Below are positions 8,069 to 16,508 of a DNA stretch of 32,462 nt, piece after piece (position 1 is the first letter of the stretch; every line of letters starts with the position of its first letter). Where the stretch lies: positions 1 through 32,462 of the IMG/VR virus record IMGVR_UViG_3300022744_000075; one strand, given 5' to 3'. Both the position numbers and the translations under genes were made by a program. The notes beneath the pieces are model-generated. The model was not told the origin of the DNA and ran no database searches. It saw only the letters and a program-made list of their open reading frames with translations. This stretch comes from a virus (Duplodnaviria; Caudoviricetes).

Positions 8069-8202
8069 GACAGCGTATCAAAAATTTGGTGCGTTTAAGC
8101 GTTTCCGGTGTTGCGGCACTTCCTCCCGCCTACGCACCGGGAACTCCCCACCCCCGGTGCGGCATGCAGGCTGCCCGCTGGGGGTGGGTGATGGAGGAAC
8201 CC

Positions 8203-8679
8203 ATGGCCCGCAAGCCGACTGACCCGCCGCCCGAAAAGCCCAAACTGCGTCTCGTTTCTCCGGATGCTAAAAAGCCGCCCGAAATGGGTGGTTCCGCGCC
8301 GCGCACTCGCATTGGTCGCCCACCTTTCGAACCCACCAAGGATCAGCGCAATCTGGTCTGCCTCTGTGCGGCGATGGGATACACGCAAGAGCAAACCGCC
8401 TTCACTCTCGGGATCGACGTCAAGACGCTCTGCATCCACTTCAAGGATGAACTTGAAAACGGCGCGATGAAGGTGAACGGCGTGGTGGCCGGTAACCTGT
8501 TCAAGATCGCATCGTCCGCGACACACCCGCGCGCCGTGACGGCGGCCATCTTCTGGATGAAGTCCCGGGCTGGATGGAAGGACGGCTCCGAGAAGCAGAA
8601 GGTGGAGCCCGGTGATGGTGATGACGAGGACGAGGAAATCACGTTCTCGGTGAGCATCGGGGACAAGGGTGGCGCGTAA
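8203..8679 (+). CDS. terS: Terminase small subunit
   Basis: GRPPFEPT...GYTQEQTA..LGIDVKTL..HF.DEL..G (HTH), AAIFWMKSRAGW; GGAGG RBS; directly upstream of terL. Confidence 0.85.
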   Translation: MARKPTDPPPEKPKLRLVSPDAKKPPEMGGSAPRTRIGRPPFEPTKDQRNLVCLCAAMGYTQEQTAFTLGIDVKTLCIHFKDELENGAMKVNGVVAGNLFKIASSATHPRAVTAAIFWMKSRAGWKDGSEKQKVEPGDGDDEDEEITFSVSIGDKGGA

Positions 8680-9964
8680 GGTCGTCTTTGAGCGTCCGTG
8701 GCTTTACCCGAAGCAGCGTGACGCGATCTTCGATTGCGTGGACATAAACGGCAAGCCGTCGCGCTACGCCTTGATCGAGGCCAGCACCAAGGCGGGCAAG
8801 ACGTCGGCTTGTATCGCGTGGCTGGTCGAACAGGCCATGCAGGGCAAGAAGGGGCAGGGCTTCTGGTGGGTCGCCCCGGTCTATTCCCAAGCGAAGATCG
8901 CGTTCAATCGGATGAAACTTGGTCTGCCGCGCTGGTTCTACGTCCCGAACAACTCGGAAATGTTCCTGCGTCTGCTGAACGGGGCGATCATCTACTTCAA
9001 GTCAGCCGAGAAGCCCGACAACCTCTACGGTGACGACGTTTACGCTGCCGTTGCCGACGAGGCATCGCGCATGCGGGAAGAAGCGTGGCATGCGCTGCGC
9101 TCGACGCTGACCGCCACCAAGGGGCCCGTCCGGATCATCGGCAACGTGAAGGGCCGCAAGAACTGGTTCTACATGCTGGCGCGGGAGGCGGAGCGGGGCC
9201 GTCCCGATATGTCCTACGCCAAGCTGAACGCCTACGACGCCATTGACGGCGGAGTTCTGGAAGCCGCCGAAATCGAGGACGCGCGCTCGGTTCTGCCGGA
9301 AAACGTGTTCCGCGAACTCTATCTGGCCGAAGCCAGCGACGACGAGGGCAACCCGTTCGGTTTGGCGCACATTCGCGCCTGCCTCGGCGAACTGTCAGAG
9401 GCTCCGCCCGTCGCCATCGGCGTGGACCTTGCAAAGTCGGTGGACTGGACCGTGGTGATCGGCATCGACGCTCAAGGCCGCGTCTGCGGATACGAGCGGT
9501 GGCAGCGCAAGCCGTGGAAGGAAACGACGGCCAAGGTGCGCGAACTGGTGCGGGACTTCCCGACGCTGGTGGACAGCACCGGGGTGGGCGACCCCATTGT
9601 GGAAAACCTTCAGACCGACTGCCTTGACGTTCGGGGCTTCACCTTCAACGCATCTTCCAAGCAGCGGCTCATGGAAGGGCTGGCGCTTGCCATTCAAAGC
9701 GGATGGATCACCATTCCGGACGGCCCGATCCGCGCTGAGTTGGAGACGTTTGAATATGTTTTCACCCGGACAGGAGTGCGCTACAGTGCGCCCGAAGGTT
9801 ACCATGACGACTGCGTGATGGCGCTGGCTTTGGCTGTCGAACGGTGGCGGTCTGGCGCATATCTCGGGGCAGGAACAACGCCTGCCGGGGTGGATCGCGT
9901 CAGCCCGTGGATGGATGAAGCAAACGCCTTGGCGGCGGACTACAGCACGGGGGCACTGGTGTGA
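8669..9964 (+). CDS. terL: Terminase large subunit
   Basis: Walker A ASTKAGKT, WWVAPVYSQA, Walker B AVADEA, nuclease motifs GVDLA, DSTGVG, HDDCVMALALA. Confidence 0.95.
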   Translation: MARKVVFERPWLYPKQRDAIFDCVDINGKPSRYALIEASTKAGKTSACIAWLVEQAMQGKKGQGFWWVAPVYSQAKIAFNRMKLGLPRWFYVPNNSEMFLRLLNGAIIYFKSAEKPDNLYGDDVYAAVADEASRMREEAWHALRSTLTATKGPVRIIGNVKGRKNWFYMLAREAERGRPDMSYAKLNAYDAIDGGVLEAAEIEDARSVLPENVFRELYLAEASDDEGNPFGLAHIRACLGELSEAPPVAIGVDLAKSVDWTVVIGIDAQGRVCGYERWQRKPWKETTAKVRELVRDFPTLVDSTGVGDPIVENLQTDCLDVRGFTFNASSKQRLMEGLALAIQSGWITIPDGPIRAELETFEYVFTRTGVRYSAPEGYHDDCVMALALAVERWRSGAYLGAGTTPAGVDRVSPWMDEANALAADYSTGALV

Positions 9965-11364
9965 CAAAACGACCGACCGCCGCAACGGCGACACAGCAGG
10001 CCCCGGAGGGCGTCAACCGCGTCGAGTATTCACCCGATGTGTTCGGCTCCACCGGCCTTCGCCAGACTGGCGGCTTTGTCTTTGAGGAATTTCTGCGCGA
10101 ACTGGCCGGGCCGAACGGGGCCCGCGTCTACCGCGAAATGTCCGACAATGACGGCATCGTCGGTGCGGTGATCTTTGCCATCACCACGCTTATCCGGCAG
10201 GCTGAATGGTCGGTTCAGGCGGTGGATGAAACGGACGAGGCGCAGATCGCCAAGCAGTTCGTGGAGGAAGTGCTGGACGACATGAGTGTGCCGTGGTCCA
10301 CGGTCATCACCGAAGTCTGCTCCATGTTCGTCTATGGTTTCGCGCCCATGGAAATCATCTGGAAAAAGCGCGGCGGCCCGGACGGAAGTGACGGCACCAC
10401 CCGCTCCGCCTACAGCGACAACCGCATTGGCGTTCGGGCCATTTCGCTGCGGGCGCAACCCACCATCATCCGCTGGGACATTGACGAAGTCGATGGATCG
10501 GTGAACGGCTTCTGGCAACAGCCGGTGTCGGGGGCGATGCTGTACATTCCGATCCAGAAGGCGCTGCTGTTCCGCACCACGGACGAACGCAACAACCCGG
10601 AAGGGCGCTCCATCCTGCGCTCATGCTACCGGGCTTGGTACTTCAAGAAGCGCATCGAAGAAATCGAAGCCATCGGTATCGAGCGTGACCTTGCTGGTCT
10701 TCCGGTTGCGCGCATCCCGGCAAAGTTCTTCCGGCGCGACGCGGACGCCAACGACAAGGCTGTGCTGGCGGCGTGGCAGACCATGGTCAGCACCATCCGC
10801 CGCGACCAGAAGGAAGGCATCGTGATCCCGTCCGACCGGGATCAATCCGGCAACGCGATGTACGATCTGGAACTGATGAACTCTGGCGGTTCGCGCACGT
10901 TCGACACCACCAAGATCATCGACCGATACAACCGGCAGATTGCCACGTCGGCGCTGGCGGATTTCATCTTCCTTGGCCAGCAGGCAACCGGATCGTTTGC
11001 GCTTTCGTCCGACAAGACGGCCCTGTTCGCTTCGGCGATCAGTGCGTTCATCCGCGCCATTGAGGGGGTGTTCAACCGTCACCTCCTGCCGCGCCTGTGG
11101 CTGCTGAATGGCTTTGACAGCGCAACCATGCCGGTTCTGTCGTGTGGCGACTTGGAACATGCGAACCTTGGCGAACTGTCGCAGTACATCACCTCTCTCG
11201 CCGGGGCTGGCATGCCGCTGTTCCCCGACCGCGAACTTGAAAACTTCCTCCGCAAGACCGCCGGTCTTCCGATGGCTCCCGAAGAAGGGCTTGAGGGCGA
11301 TCCGGGGCAGATGGAGCCCAATCAACCCGGCGCACAGCCGAGCGACCAGACCCAAGGAGAGTGA
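9961..11364 (+). CDS. Portal protein (DUF935/Mu gp29-like)
   Basis: Follows terL; VYREMSDND, YGFAPMEI, NNPEGRSILR..Y..WYFK, GIERDLAGLP, GSFALS. Confidence 0.9.
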   Translation: MTKRPTAATATQQAPEGVNRVEYSPDVFGSTGLRQTGGFVFEEFLRELAGPNGARVYREMSDNDGIVGAVIFAITTLIRQAEWSVQAVDETDEAQIAKQFVEEVLDDMSVPWSTVITEVCSMFVYGFAPMEIIWKKRGGPDGSDGTTRSAYSDNRIGVRAISLRAQPTIIRWDIDEVDGSVNGFWQQPVSGAMLYIPIQKALLFRTTDERNNPEGRSILRSCYRAWYFKKRIEEIEAIGIERDLAGLPVARIPAKFFRRDADANDKAVLAAWQTMVSTIRRDQKEGIVIPSDRDQSGNAMYDLELMNSGGSRTFDTTKIIDRYNRQIATSALADFIFLGQQATGSFALSSDKTALFASAISAFIRAIEGVFNRHLLPRLWLLNGFDSATMPVLSCGDLEHANLGELSQYITSLAGAGMPLFPDRELENFLRKTAGLPMAPEEGLEGDPGQMEPNQPGAQPSDQTQGE

Positions 11365-11366
11365 CA

Positions 11367-11915
11367 ATGCATACCGAAAAGATTTCTCTCGGTGACCGCG
11401 CGATGGCTGGCATGATCGCAGCCAATGGTTTCTGCGAACCGATGGACCTGCATGGCCGGTACGTCGTTGAGGCGTTCGATGCAGACGGCAACCTGAAATG
11501 GCGCGAGGAAATTGACAATCTCGTCACCACGGCGGGAAAGAATGCCGCGCTGGATCAGGTGTTTTCCGGCACCGCCTTCGGCACCGCCTACATGGGTCTG
11601 GTCGATGGTGGATCTACCCCGACCTATGCGGCGGGCGATATCATGTCGTCGCATGCTGGATGGACCGAAAACACCGGCTATTCGAACGGCACTCGCCCGC
11701 AGCCGACGTGGAACTCCGCCGCCTCCGGCTCCAAAGCGACGACGGCCACGGCCTTCAACATCAACGCCACGGTGACCATCGCGGGCGTGTTCATCGCCAC
11801 CAACTCCACCAAGGGCGGCACCACCGGCACCCTGTATTCGTGCGGTTCGTTCTCCGGCAACCGCTCTCTGATCAGTGGTGACACCCTGAACGTCACCTAC
11901 ACCGCCTCGGCCTGA
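11367..11915 (+). CDS. Virion structural protein (fibre-associated, beta-rich)
   Basis: NLVTTAGKN...GDTLNVTYT pattern of fibre-base proteins; G/T/S/A-rich; AAGGAG RBS. Confidence 0.7.
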   Translation: MHTEKISLGDRAMAGMIAANGFCEPMDLHGRYVVEAFDADGNLKWREEIDNLVTTAGKNAALDQVFSGTAFGTAYMGLVDGGSTPTYAAGDIMSSHAGWTENTGYSNGTRPQPTWNSAASGSKATTATAFNINATVTIAGVFIATNSTKGGTTGTLYSCGSFSGNRSLISGDTLNVTYTASA

Positions 11916-11950
11916 TAGGCCCGGCTTACCGCAACGCAAGGAGGCCATAA

Positions 11951-12391
11951 ATGGGCGCTCGTTACTCTGCAACTCGCACATCGTCTGCTCTGTCGACCAC
12001 CAACGACACAATGACCATCATTGCCCCTTCCACCCGGGCACTGAAAATTTGGGAAATCCGCGTCTTCGGTCAGGGCACCACGTCGGCTGCCAACGAAGTG
12101 CTGATTTCGCGTTCTACCGGCGGCACCACCGGCGGCGGCGCGATCACTCCCACTCCCTTGGCGACCCTGTCTCCGGCGTCGGGCGTGACGGTCAACACGA
12201 CGTGGACTGGCCAGCCGACTATCGGCGTCGCCATCCGCCGCGTCGGCGTGAACGCGAACGGGGCGGTGTCGTCGCTGGTGTTTCCGCCGGGCTCGGAAAT
12301 CGATGTCCCTCCGTCTGGTCAGATTTCCATCCGCTCGGCGAGCGGCACCAGCAACGTGACTGTCGAAGTGATCTTCGAAGAAGTCGGCTGA
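11951..12391 (+). CDS. Virion structural protein (beta-sandwich)
   Basis: T/S/G-rich alternating beta pattern; AAGGAGG RBS. Confidence 0.65.
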   Translation: MGARYSATRTSSALSTTNDTMTIIAPSTRALKIWEIRVFGQGTTSAANEVLISRSTGGTTGGGAITPTPLATLSPASGVTVNTTWTGQPTIGVAIRRVGVNANGAVSSLVFPPGSEIDVPPSGQISIRSASGTSNVTVEVIFEEVG

Positions 12392-12397
12392 TCCTGA

Positions 12398-14773
12398 ATG
12401 TCCACGTTCTTCTTCGTCGGCGACGGGACCACGGACGTCCCTGTCTCTCTCGACGGGGAGGAATGGGTTATCAACGGCTTTTCCGGATTTTGGTCCGGGC
12501 AGGCGGCGGACCCTGATGGTGGTGGGCGCAATTCGCTTGTCACCATCGGGACCGAGTTGCAGCCGGTACTGTCGAGCATTGAAAACGACGACGGATCGGC
12601 AGTTTTTCAACGCCACGGACTTGCGGCCTATGACTATTACGGTCGAAACGACGGCTGGCGCTTGGAAAACAACGAGGGCGCGGAAAGCGCCTCTACCACA
12701 GGCGCGTCAAGCCTTACGGTCCAGCGCCCCGGGCTTACAGTGGACGGCGACCTTCTGATTGCATTTGCGGCGTTCTCCGAAGGCAAGGCACTGACGCCGC
12801 TCAGTGGTTGGAGCTTGGTGATTGACCAGCCAGCAGCGTCCAATGGCCGACCGCGCGTTCAGGTTTTTGTAAAAAAAGCACTTTCCGAACCATCGTCATA
12901 CAATGCGGTGCTTAACAGCAGCGACACGTGGTCGTTCGCGGTGAAGCGGTATCCGGCTGGGTACGAGTGGGGCATCAATTGGGCGGTAACCGGCTCATCG
13001 TTTTCAACGACGCTAACCGCTCCATCGATCAATGTCGGGGCCAGCGCAATCTGGCTGACGCTGTTTGCTATCGAAATGGCGGTTGTGACGCCACCGTCCA
13101 GCGGAACTGTCCTGCTCATTACCCCCTCAAACACTGAGGGGTTCGTTCTGACTGAGCATGTCGGGATGCCGGGCGGGGCGACCGGGACTGAAAGCATCAC
13201 CACGGCTGGGAACGACTTCTTGAACTCGTTTTCGATTGAAATTGCGCCAGCCGGTCAAGACCTTCCGTTCCTGCGCCAAACCGAAATGCCAGAAGATGGC
13301 ATGCCTTCGTATTTTTCGCAGAACTATTCCGCACTGTTCGGCGACGACTTCACCGATTGGGCACTGGAAGATGCGTCCGGATCGGTCATCAACGAAGCAA
13401 TTTCCGAGGCTATCGCGCTTCTGGATGCGATGAGCGAAAGCGTAGACGCGGTGGCGTCGCTTGCGGAGACGGGCGCGTTCTCTGACGCCTTCTCGACCGC
13501 TGCTGACGTCGGAAACGGCATCACTGAACCCATCACGCTTGCCGACAGCACATCGACGCAGGCTGCCATGGTGGCCGCTCTGACTGAGGCTTTGGCTCTT
13601 GCGGACGCGCAGACGGGCGGGCTTCTCATTTCAGAGGCGCTGGCTGAAGCCTTGGCGCTGGCTGATGCCATTTCGGCAGCCATGGCTGTTCCGGCTTCGC
13701 TGACGGAGGCAGTCTCGCTTGCCGACGCGCAGGCATCGGTAGCCGCCCTTGTCGCAGTTCTGACCGAAGCCATGGCCGCGTCCGATGCAGCATCCTCTGC
13801 CGGTTCGGCGCTCGGCGGATCGGCCAGCGAGGCGCTTGCGCTCGGGGACGCATCGACCGGCGCGATCACCGCCCCGGTGTCGATCACCGAAAGCCTTACC
13901 CTTGGCGACGGCGCGACCACGACGCTCATCGCCGTGGTGGCCATTACCGAGGCGGTCACGCTTGACGACGCCGAAACCGGCGACACCCCGAACGGCGCGT
14001 CCATCACCGAAGCGATCAGCCTCGCGGATGCCATCACCAGCACCGTGATTGCCGTGGCGGCCATCACCGAAGCGGCAAGCCTCACCGACGCGCAGAGCGG
14101 GCCAGTGGCGGTTGCCTTGGCGATCACCGAGGCATTGGCGCTGGCCGCCGCAGAAGCCGCCACAGCGGCGCTGCCGGGCGCTGTGAGCGAGGCTCTTGCC
14201 CTTGGGGATGCTGCCACCACGCAGCTTGCCGCCGCGCAGCCAATCACCGAGGCGGTAAGCCTTGCCGATGCAGCCACCACGCAGGCGCAGGTTGGGAATT
14301 CCATCACCGAGACTGCTTCGCTATCTGACACGCAAGCCGGGGCCGCCACCATGTCGACGGCCATGGCGGAGGCATTGACGCTGGTGGATGCGCCCGGCGC
14401 ACAGATTGATGCTGTGGCGTCGCGCGTGGAACTGGTGAGCCTGTTCGACAGCCCTAGTGCGGTGGTTGTCGTACTGGTTGGTCTGCAAGAAGCCTTGGCG
14501 CTTTCCGATCTTCAAAGCGCGGCTCGTTCGGTGGCAGAATTCGTCACCGAAGCCATGAACCTGACGGCGGCAGTCACGGTATCGACCGGACAAGTCGTCT
14601 ATACGCTTGTCAGGCCATACGAGTGGGGCGCATATTCCGCCGCATGTGAGTGGGTTTCCCCCTCGCGCATGACGGAATGGGCGACAAGCGCGGCAGCGCC
14701 CGAATGGGTCGAGGCTGGTACGAAGCGAGAGTGGCGCGAGGCGTCCACGACGATGGAATGGGGGCAGGCATGA
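12398..14773 (+). CDS. Repetitive fibre-like structural protein (791 aa)
   Basis: N-terminal beta domain (GDLLIA...TPLSGW), about 20 copies of a ~20-aa ITEAxxLxDA repeat, C-terminal EW repeats. Confidence 0.75.
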   Translation: MSTFFFVGDGTTDVPVSLDGEEWVINGFSGFWSGQAADPDGGGRNSLVTIGTELQPVLSSIENDDGSAVFQRHGLAAYDYYGRNDGWRLENNEGAESASTTGASSLTVQRPGLTVDGDLLIAFAAFSEGKALTPLSGWSLVIDQPAASNGRPRVQVFVKKALSEPSSYNAVLNSSDTWSFAVKRYPAGYEWGINWAVTGSSFSTTLTAPSINVGASAIWLTLFAIEMAVVTPPSSGTVLLITPSNTEGFVLTEHVGMPGGATGTESITTAGNDFLNSFSIEIAPAGQDLPFLRQTEMPEDGMPSYFSQNYSALFGDDFTDWALEDASGSVINEAISEAIALLDAMSESVDAVASLAETGAFSDAFSTAADVGNGITEPITLADSTSTQAAMVAALTEALALADAQTGGLLISEALAEALALADAISAAMAVPASLTEAVSLADAQASVAALVAVLTEAMAASDAASSAGSALGGSASEALALGDASTGAITAPVSITESLTLGDGATTTLIAVVAITEAVTLDDAETGDTPNGASITEAISLADAITSTVIAVAAITEAASLTDAQSGPVAVALAITEALALAAAEAATAALPGAVSEALALGDAATTQLAAAQPITEAVSLADAATTQAQVGNSITETASLSDTQAGAATMSTAMAEALTLVDAPGAQIDAVASRVELVSLFDSPSAVVVVLVGLQEALALSDLQSAARSVAEFVTEAMNLTAAVTVSTGQVVYTLVRPYEWGAYSAACEWVSPSRMTEWATSAAAPEWVEAGTKREWREASTTMEWGQA

Positions 14774-15108
14774 GCGGTAACGGCGGAAGCGGTATCTACG
14801 ATATCGGATCGTCCAACAGCTTCGCCATGGTCATCAGCGTGACCAAGGGCGGCGTGGCGTTCCCATTGACGGGGGCAACCGTTGTCGGCCATGCATCTGC
14901 GGATGGCGGGGCGACGACAGTGGCCGCCACCATCGACATGAGCGACGCAGCATTGGGCGAAATCCGGGCGCTGTGGGTCGGCGGATCGTTCGATGATCCG
15001 ATGCCGACCACCAAGCCGGTCATGTGGGAGTGCCAAGTGGAAGCAACGCTTGGCGACGAGAAGCAAACCATCGGGCGCGACTTTCTGCGCGTGTTCAAGT
15101 CGATCTGA
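14770..15108 (+). CDS. BppU-like Ig-fold structural/adaptor protein
   Basis: ATGA overlap; PLTGATV...DAALGEI...W...ECQVEAT pattern. Confidence 0.6.
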   Translation: MSGNGGSGIYDIGSSNSFAMVISVTKGGVAFPLTGATVVGHASADGGATTVAATIDMSDAALGEIRALWVGGSFDDPMPTTKPVMWECQVEATLGDEKQTIGRDFLRVFKSI

Positions 15109-15119
15109 AGGAGACCGCG

Positions 15120-15452
15120 ATGACGCAGGTTTACACTGAAACCACCACCCCCCTGACCGGGAACGCCGTTTTCACCGGCCCCGGGCGCGACAGTGGGGCA
15201 GGGGCTGGCGCTCTTGCCCGGGACAGCAAGTTCAACGCCTATGCCTTCGCCAACGTGGCCGGTACGCTCAAGATCGAGGCGTCCAACGATGGGACGACGT
15301 GGTATCGGGCGATTGCGGATCAGGCGGTGGGCGCGGGCGCGGCGGTGATCGCCAGTATTCCGGTCATCGCGCGCCTGCATCGGGCGGTGTTCACCAACGG
15401 CGCGGGCGCGCAAGCGACCTTCGTGCTGAACACCAGCTACACGGCGGCCTGA
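15120..15452 (+). CDS. Small jelly-roll-like structural protein
   Basis: GTLKIEASNDGTTW...RAVFTNGA.AQ.TF.L; AAGGAG RBS. Confidence 0.7.
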   Translation: MTQVYTETTTPLTGNAVFTGPGRDSGAGAGALARDSKFNAYAFANVAGTLKIEASNDGTTWYRAIADQAVGAGAAVIASIPVIARLHRAVFTNGAGAQATFVLNTSYTAA

Positions 15453-15796
15453 TCTTTCGGAAGCCACCGGCTGGAAACCCGTGGCATGGAGCGGCGCTCG
15501 GCCTTCATCTTGCGCCGCCCCCATCGCGCGCCGCGTTCTTCGATGGGAGTGCGCTCCAAAAGTTCCAGAATGGCGATCACGTATTCGGGGATGGGCGTCT
15601 CGCCCGTGGTCCAGCGCCGAATGGTCGATGTTGAGCATCCGATTGCGTCTGAAAGACGCGACTGCCAGCCGTGCCCCTCAAGAGCAGCGTAACAACGCTC
15701 GGCGAATGCTGTTCCTGCTGGATCGGTCATGGCCCACGTCGGTTGGTTCGAACGTACCATAGCGCCCAAAACGGGCGCTTTCAAGGTGATGCTCAT
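15437..15796 (-). CDS. XRE/Cro-like HTH DNA-binding protein (candidate repressor); alternative start 15730
   Basis: GWQSRLSDAIGCSTSTIRRWTTGETPIP HTH; an internal promoter at 15756-15784 suggests the shorter start. Confidence 0.8.
   Translation of the reverse strand: MSITLKAPVLGAMVRSNQPTWAMTDPAGTAFAERCYAALEGHGWQSRLSDAIGCSTSTIRRWTTGETPIPEYVIAILELLERTPIEERGARWGRRKMKAERRSMPRVSSRWLPKDQAAV
15756..15784 (-). promoter_or_regulatory. Sigma70-like promoter with operator copy 3 (GCCCAAAACGGGC, 15764-15776) in the spacer
   Basis: TTGAAA-17 nt-TATGGT on minus strand. Confidence 0.65.
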
Positions 15797-16038
15797 TTCT
15801 TCTTCCTCTGCGTTATTCCGATGTTTGGAACCGGCGGCAACCCCGCTGCGGACAGCGCAGCCCGGATGACTTCGGCTTCCCGGCGGTACACATGGGCCGC
15901 AGGCGAGGTCACGGCAAGGCTGTCGATCAGACGAATGTAGGATGCGAGGTGTTCTCCGCTGCGGGTGGTTTCCCATTCCCCGCAGCGGATCGTGACGTCG
16001 CCAGTGGCCGCGTCGACCGTTACAGTCGGCTCGCTCAC
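15793..16038 (-). CDS. Hypothetical protein
   Basis: GTGA/ATGA coupling with neighbours. Confidence 0.55.
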   Translation of the reverse strand: MSEPTVTVDAATGDVTIRCGEWETTRSGEHLASYIRLIDSLAVTSPAAHVYRREAEVIRAALSAAGLPPVPNIGITQRKKK

Positions 16039-16229
16039 ACCCACACCCAATACAGGTTCGTGGCCAGAGCGATGGCGGTGGCGTGGCCCGCCTTGTCGGG
16101 CATCAGGATCGCCACGATGGTGGACACAACGATCCCGGCAGAAATCAGCATGCGGTCAACATGCCGCTTCTGCACATGGATCGGGCGGTGCTTGATGGGC
16201 ACATTGGCCCAAAAATCCTCACGCATCAT
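16035..16229 (-). CDS. Small membrane protein
   Basis: Hydrophobic MLISAGIVVSTIVAILM and ATAIALATNLYWVWV segments. Confidence 0.6.
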   Translation of the reverse strand: MMREDFWANVPIKHRPIHVQKRHVDRMLISAGIVVSTIVAILMPDKAGHATAIALATNLYWVWV

Positions 16230-16413
16230 TTTCCCCCAGCATAACGTTGACGATCACAGCAGCCATCAGCAGGCCGCCCATGGTCGAGTAAATCCCATGG
16301 CCTTCCATCCAGACCGCGCCGCAATAGGTGGCGTGGATCATGGTTTCGGCCTTGTGGGAAACCCGCTTGATGAGCGGGTGGTTCAAGATGTAGTGTTTGA
16401 CCTTGTGGATCAT
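16219..16413 (-). CDS. Small membrane protein
   Basis: GGAGG RBS; C-terminal hydrophobic helix GGLLMAAVIVNVML. Confidence 0.6.
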   Translation of the reverse strand: MIHKVKHYILNHPLIKRVSHKAETMIHATYCGAVWMEGHGIYSTMGGLLMAAVIVNVMLGENDA

Positions 16414-16448
16414 GCTGGGGTTCCTCCGCTATTTGGCTCCTTGGCGGA

Positions 16449-16478
16449 ACAATTCGCCCATTTTGGGCTCTTTGTCAA
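16449..16478 (-). promoter_or_regulatory. Sigma70-like promoter with operator copy 4 (GCCCATTTTGGGC, 16456-16468) in the spacer
   Basis: Perfect TTGACA, 18 nt, AATTGT on minus strand. Confidence 0.6.
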
Positions 16479-16508
16479 CATGGCGCATCAGACGCGAGGT
16501 CATATAAA

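Noticed and set aside
7135-8202. N-terminal 356 codons of the 514-aa ORF
   Set aside because: Overlaps real minus-strand genes and a promoter; terS has a clear GGAGG RBS and ATG at 8203
8277-8289. GCCCGAAATGGGT as a fifth operator
   Set aside because: Two mismatches, inside terS coding sequence, no associated promoter
13390-14590. Approximately 60-bp periodic repeats as a CRISPR array or DGR
   Set aside because: Repeats are degenerate, conserved at protein level and in frame; no cas or reverse transcriptase gene in the window
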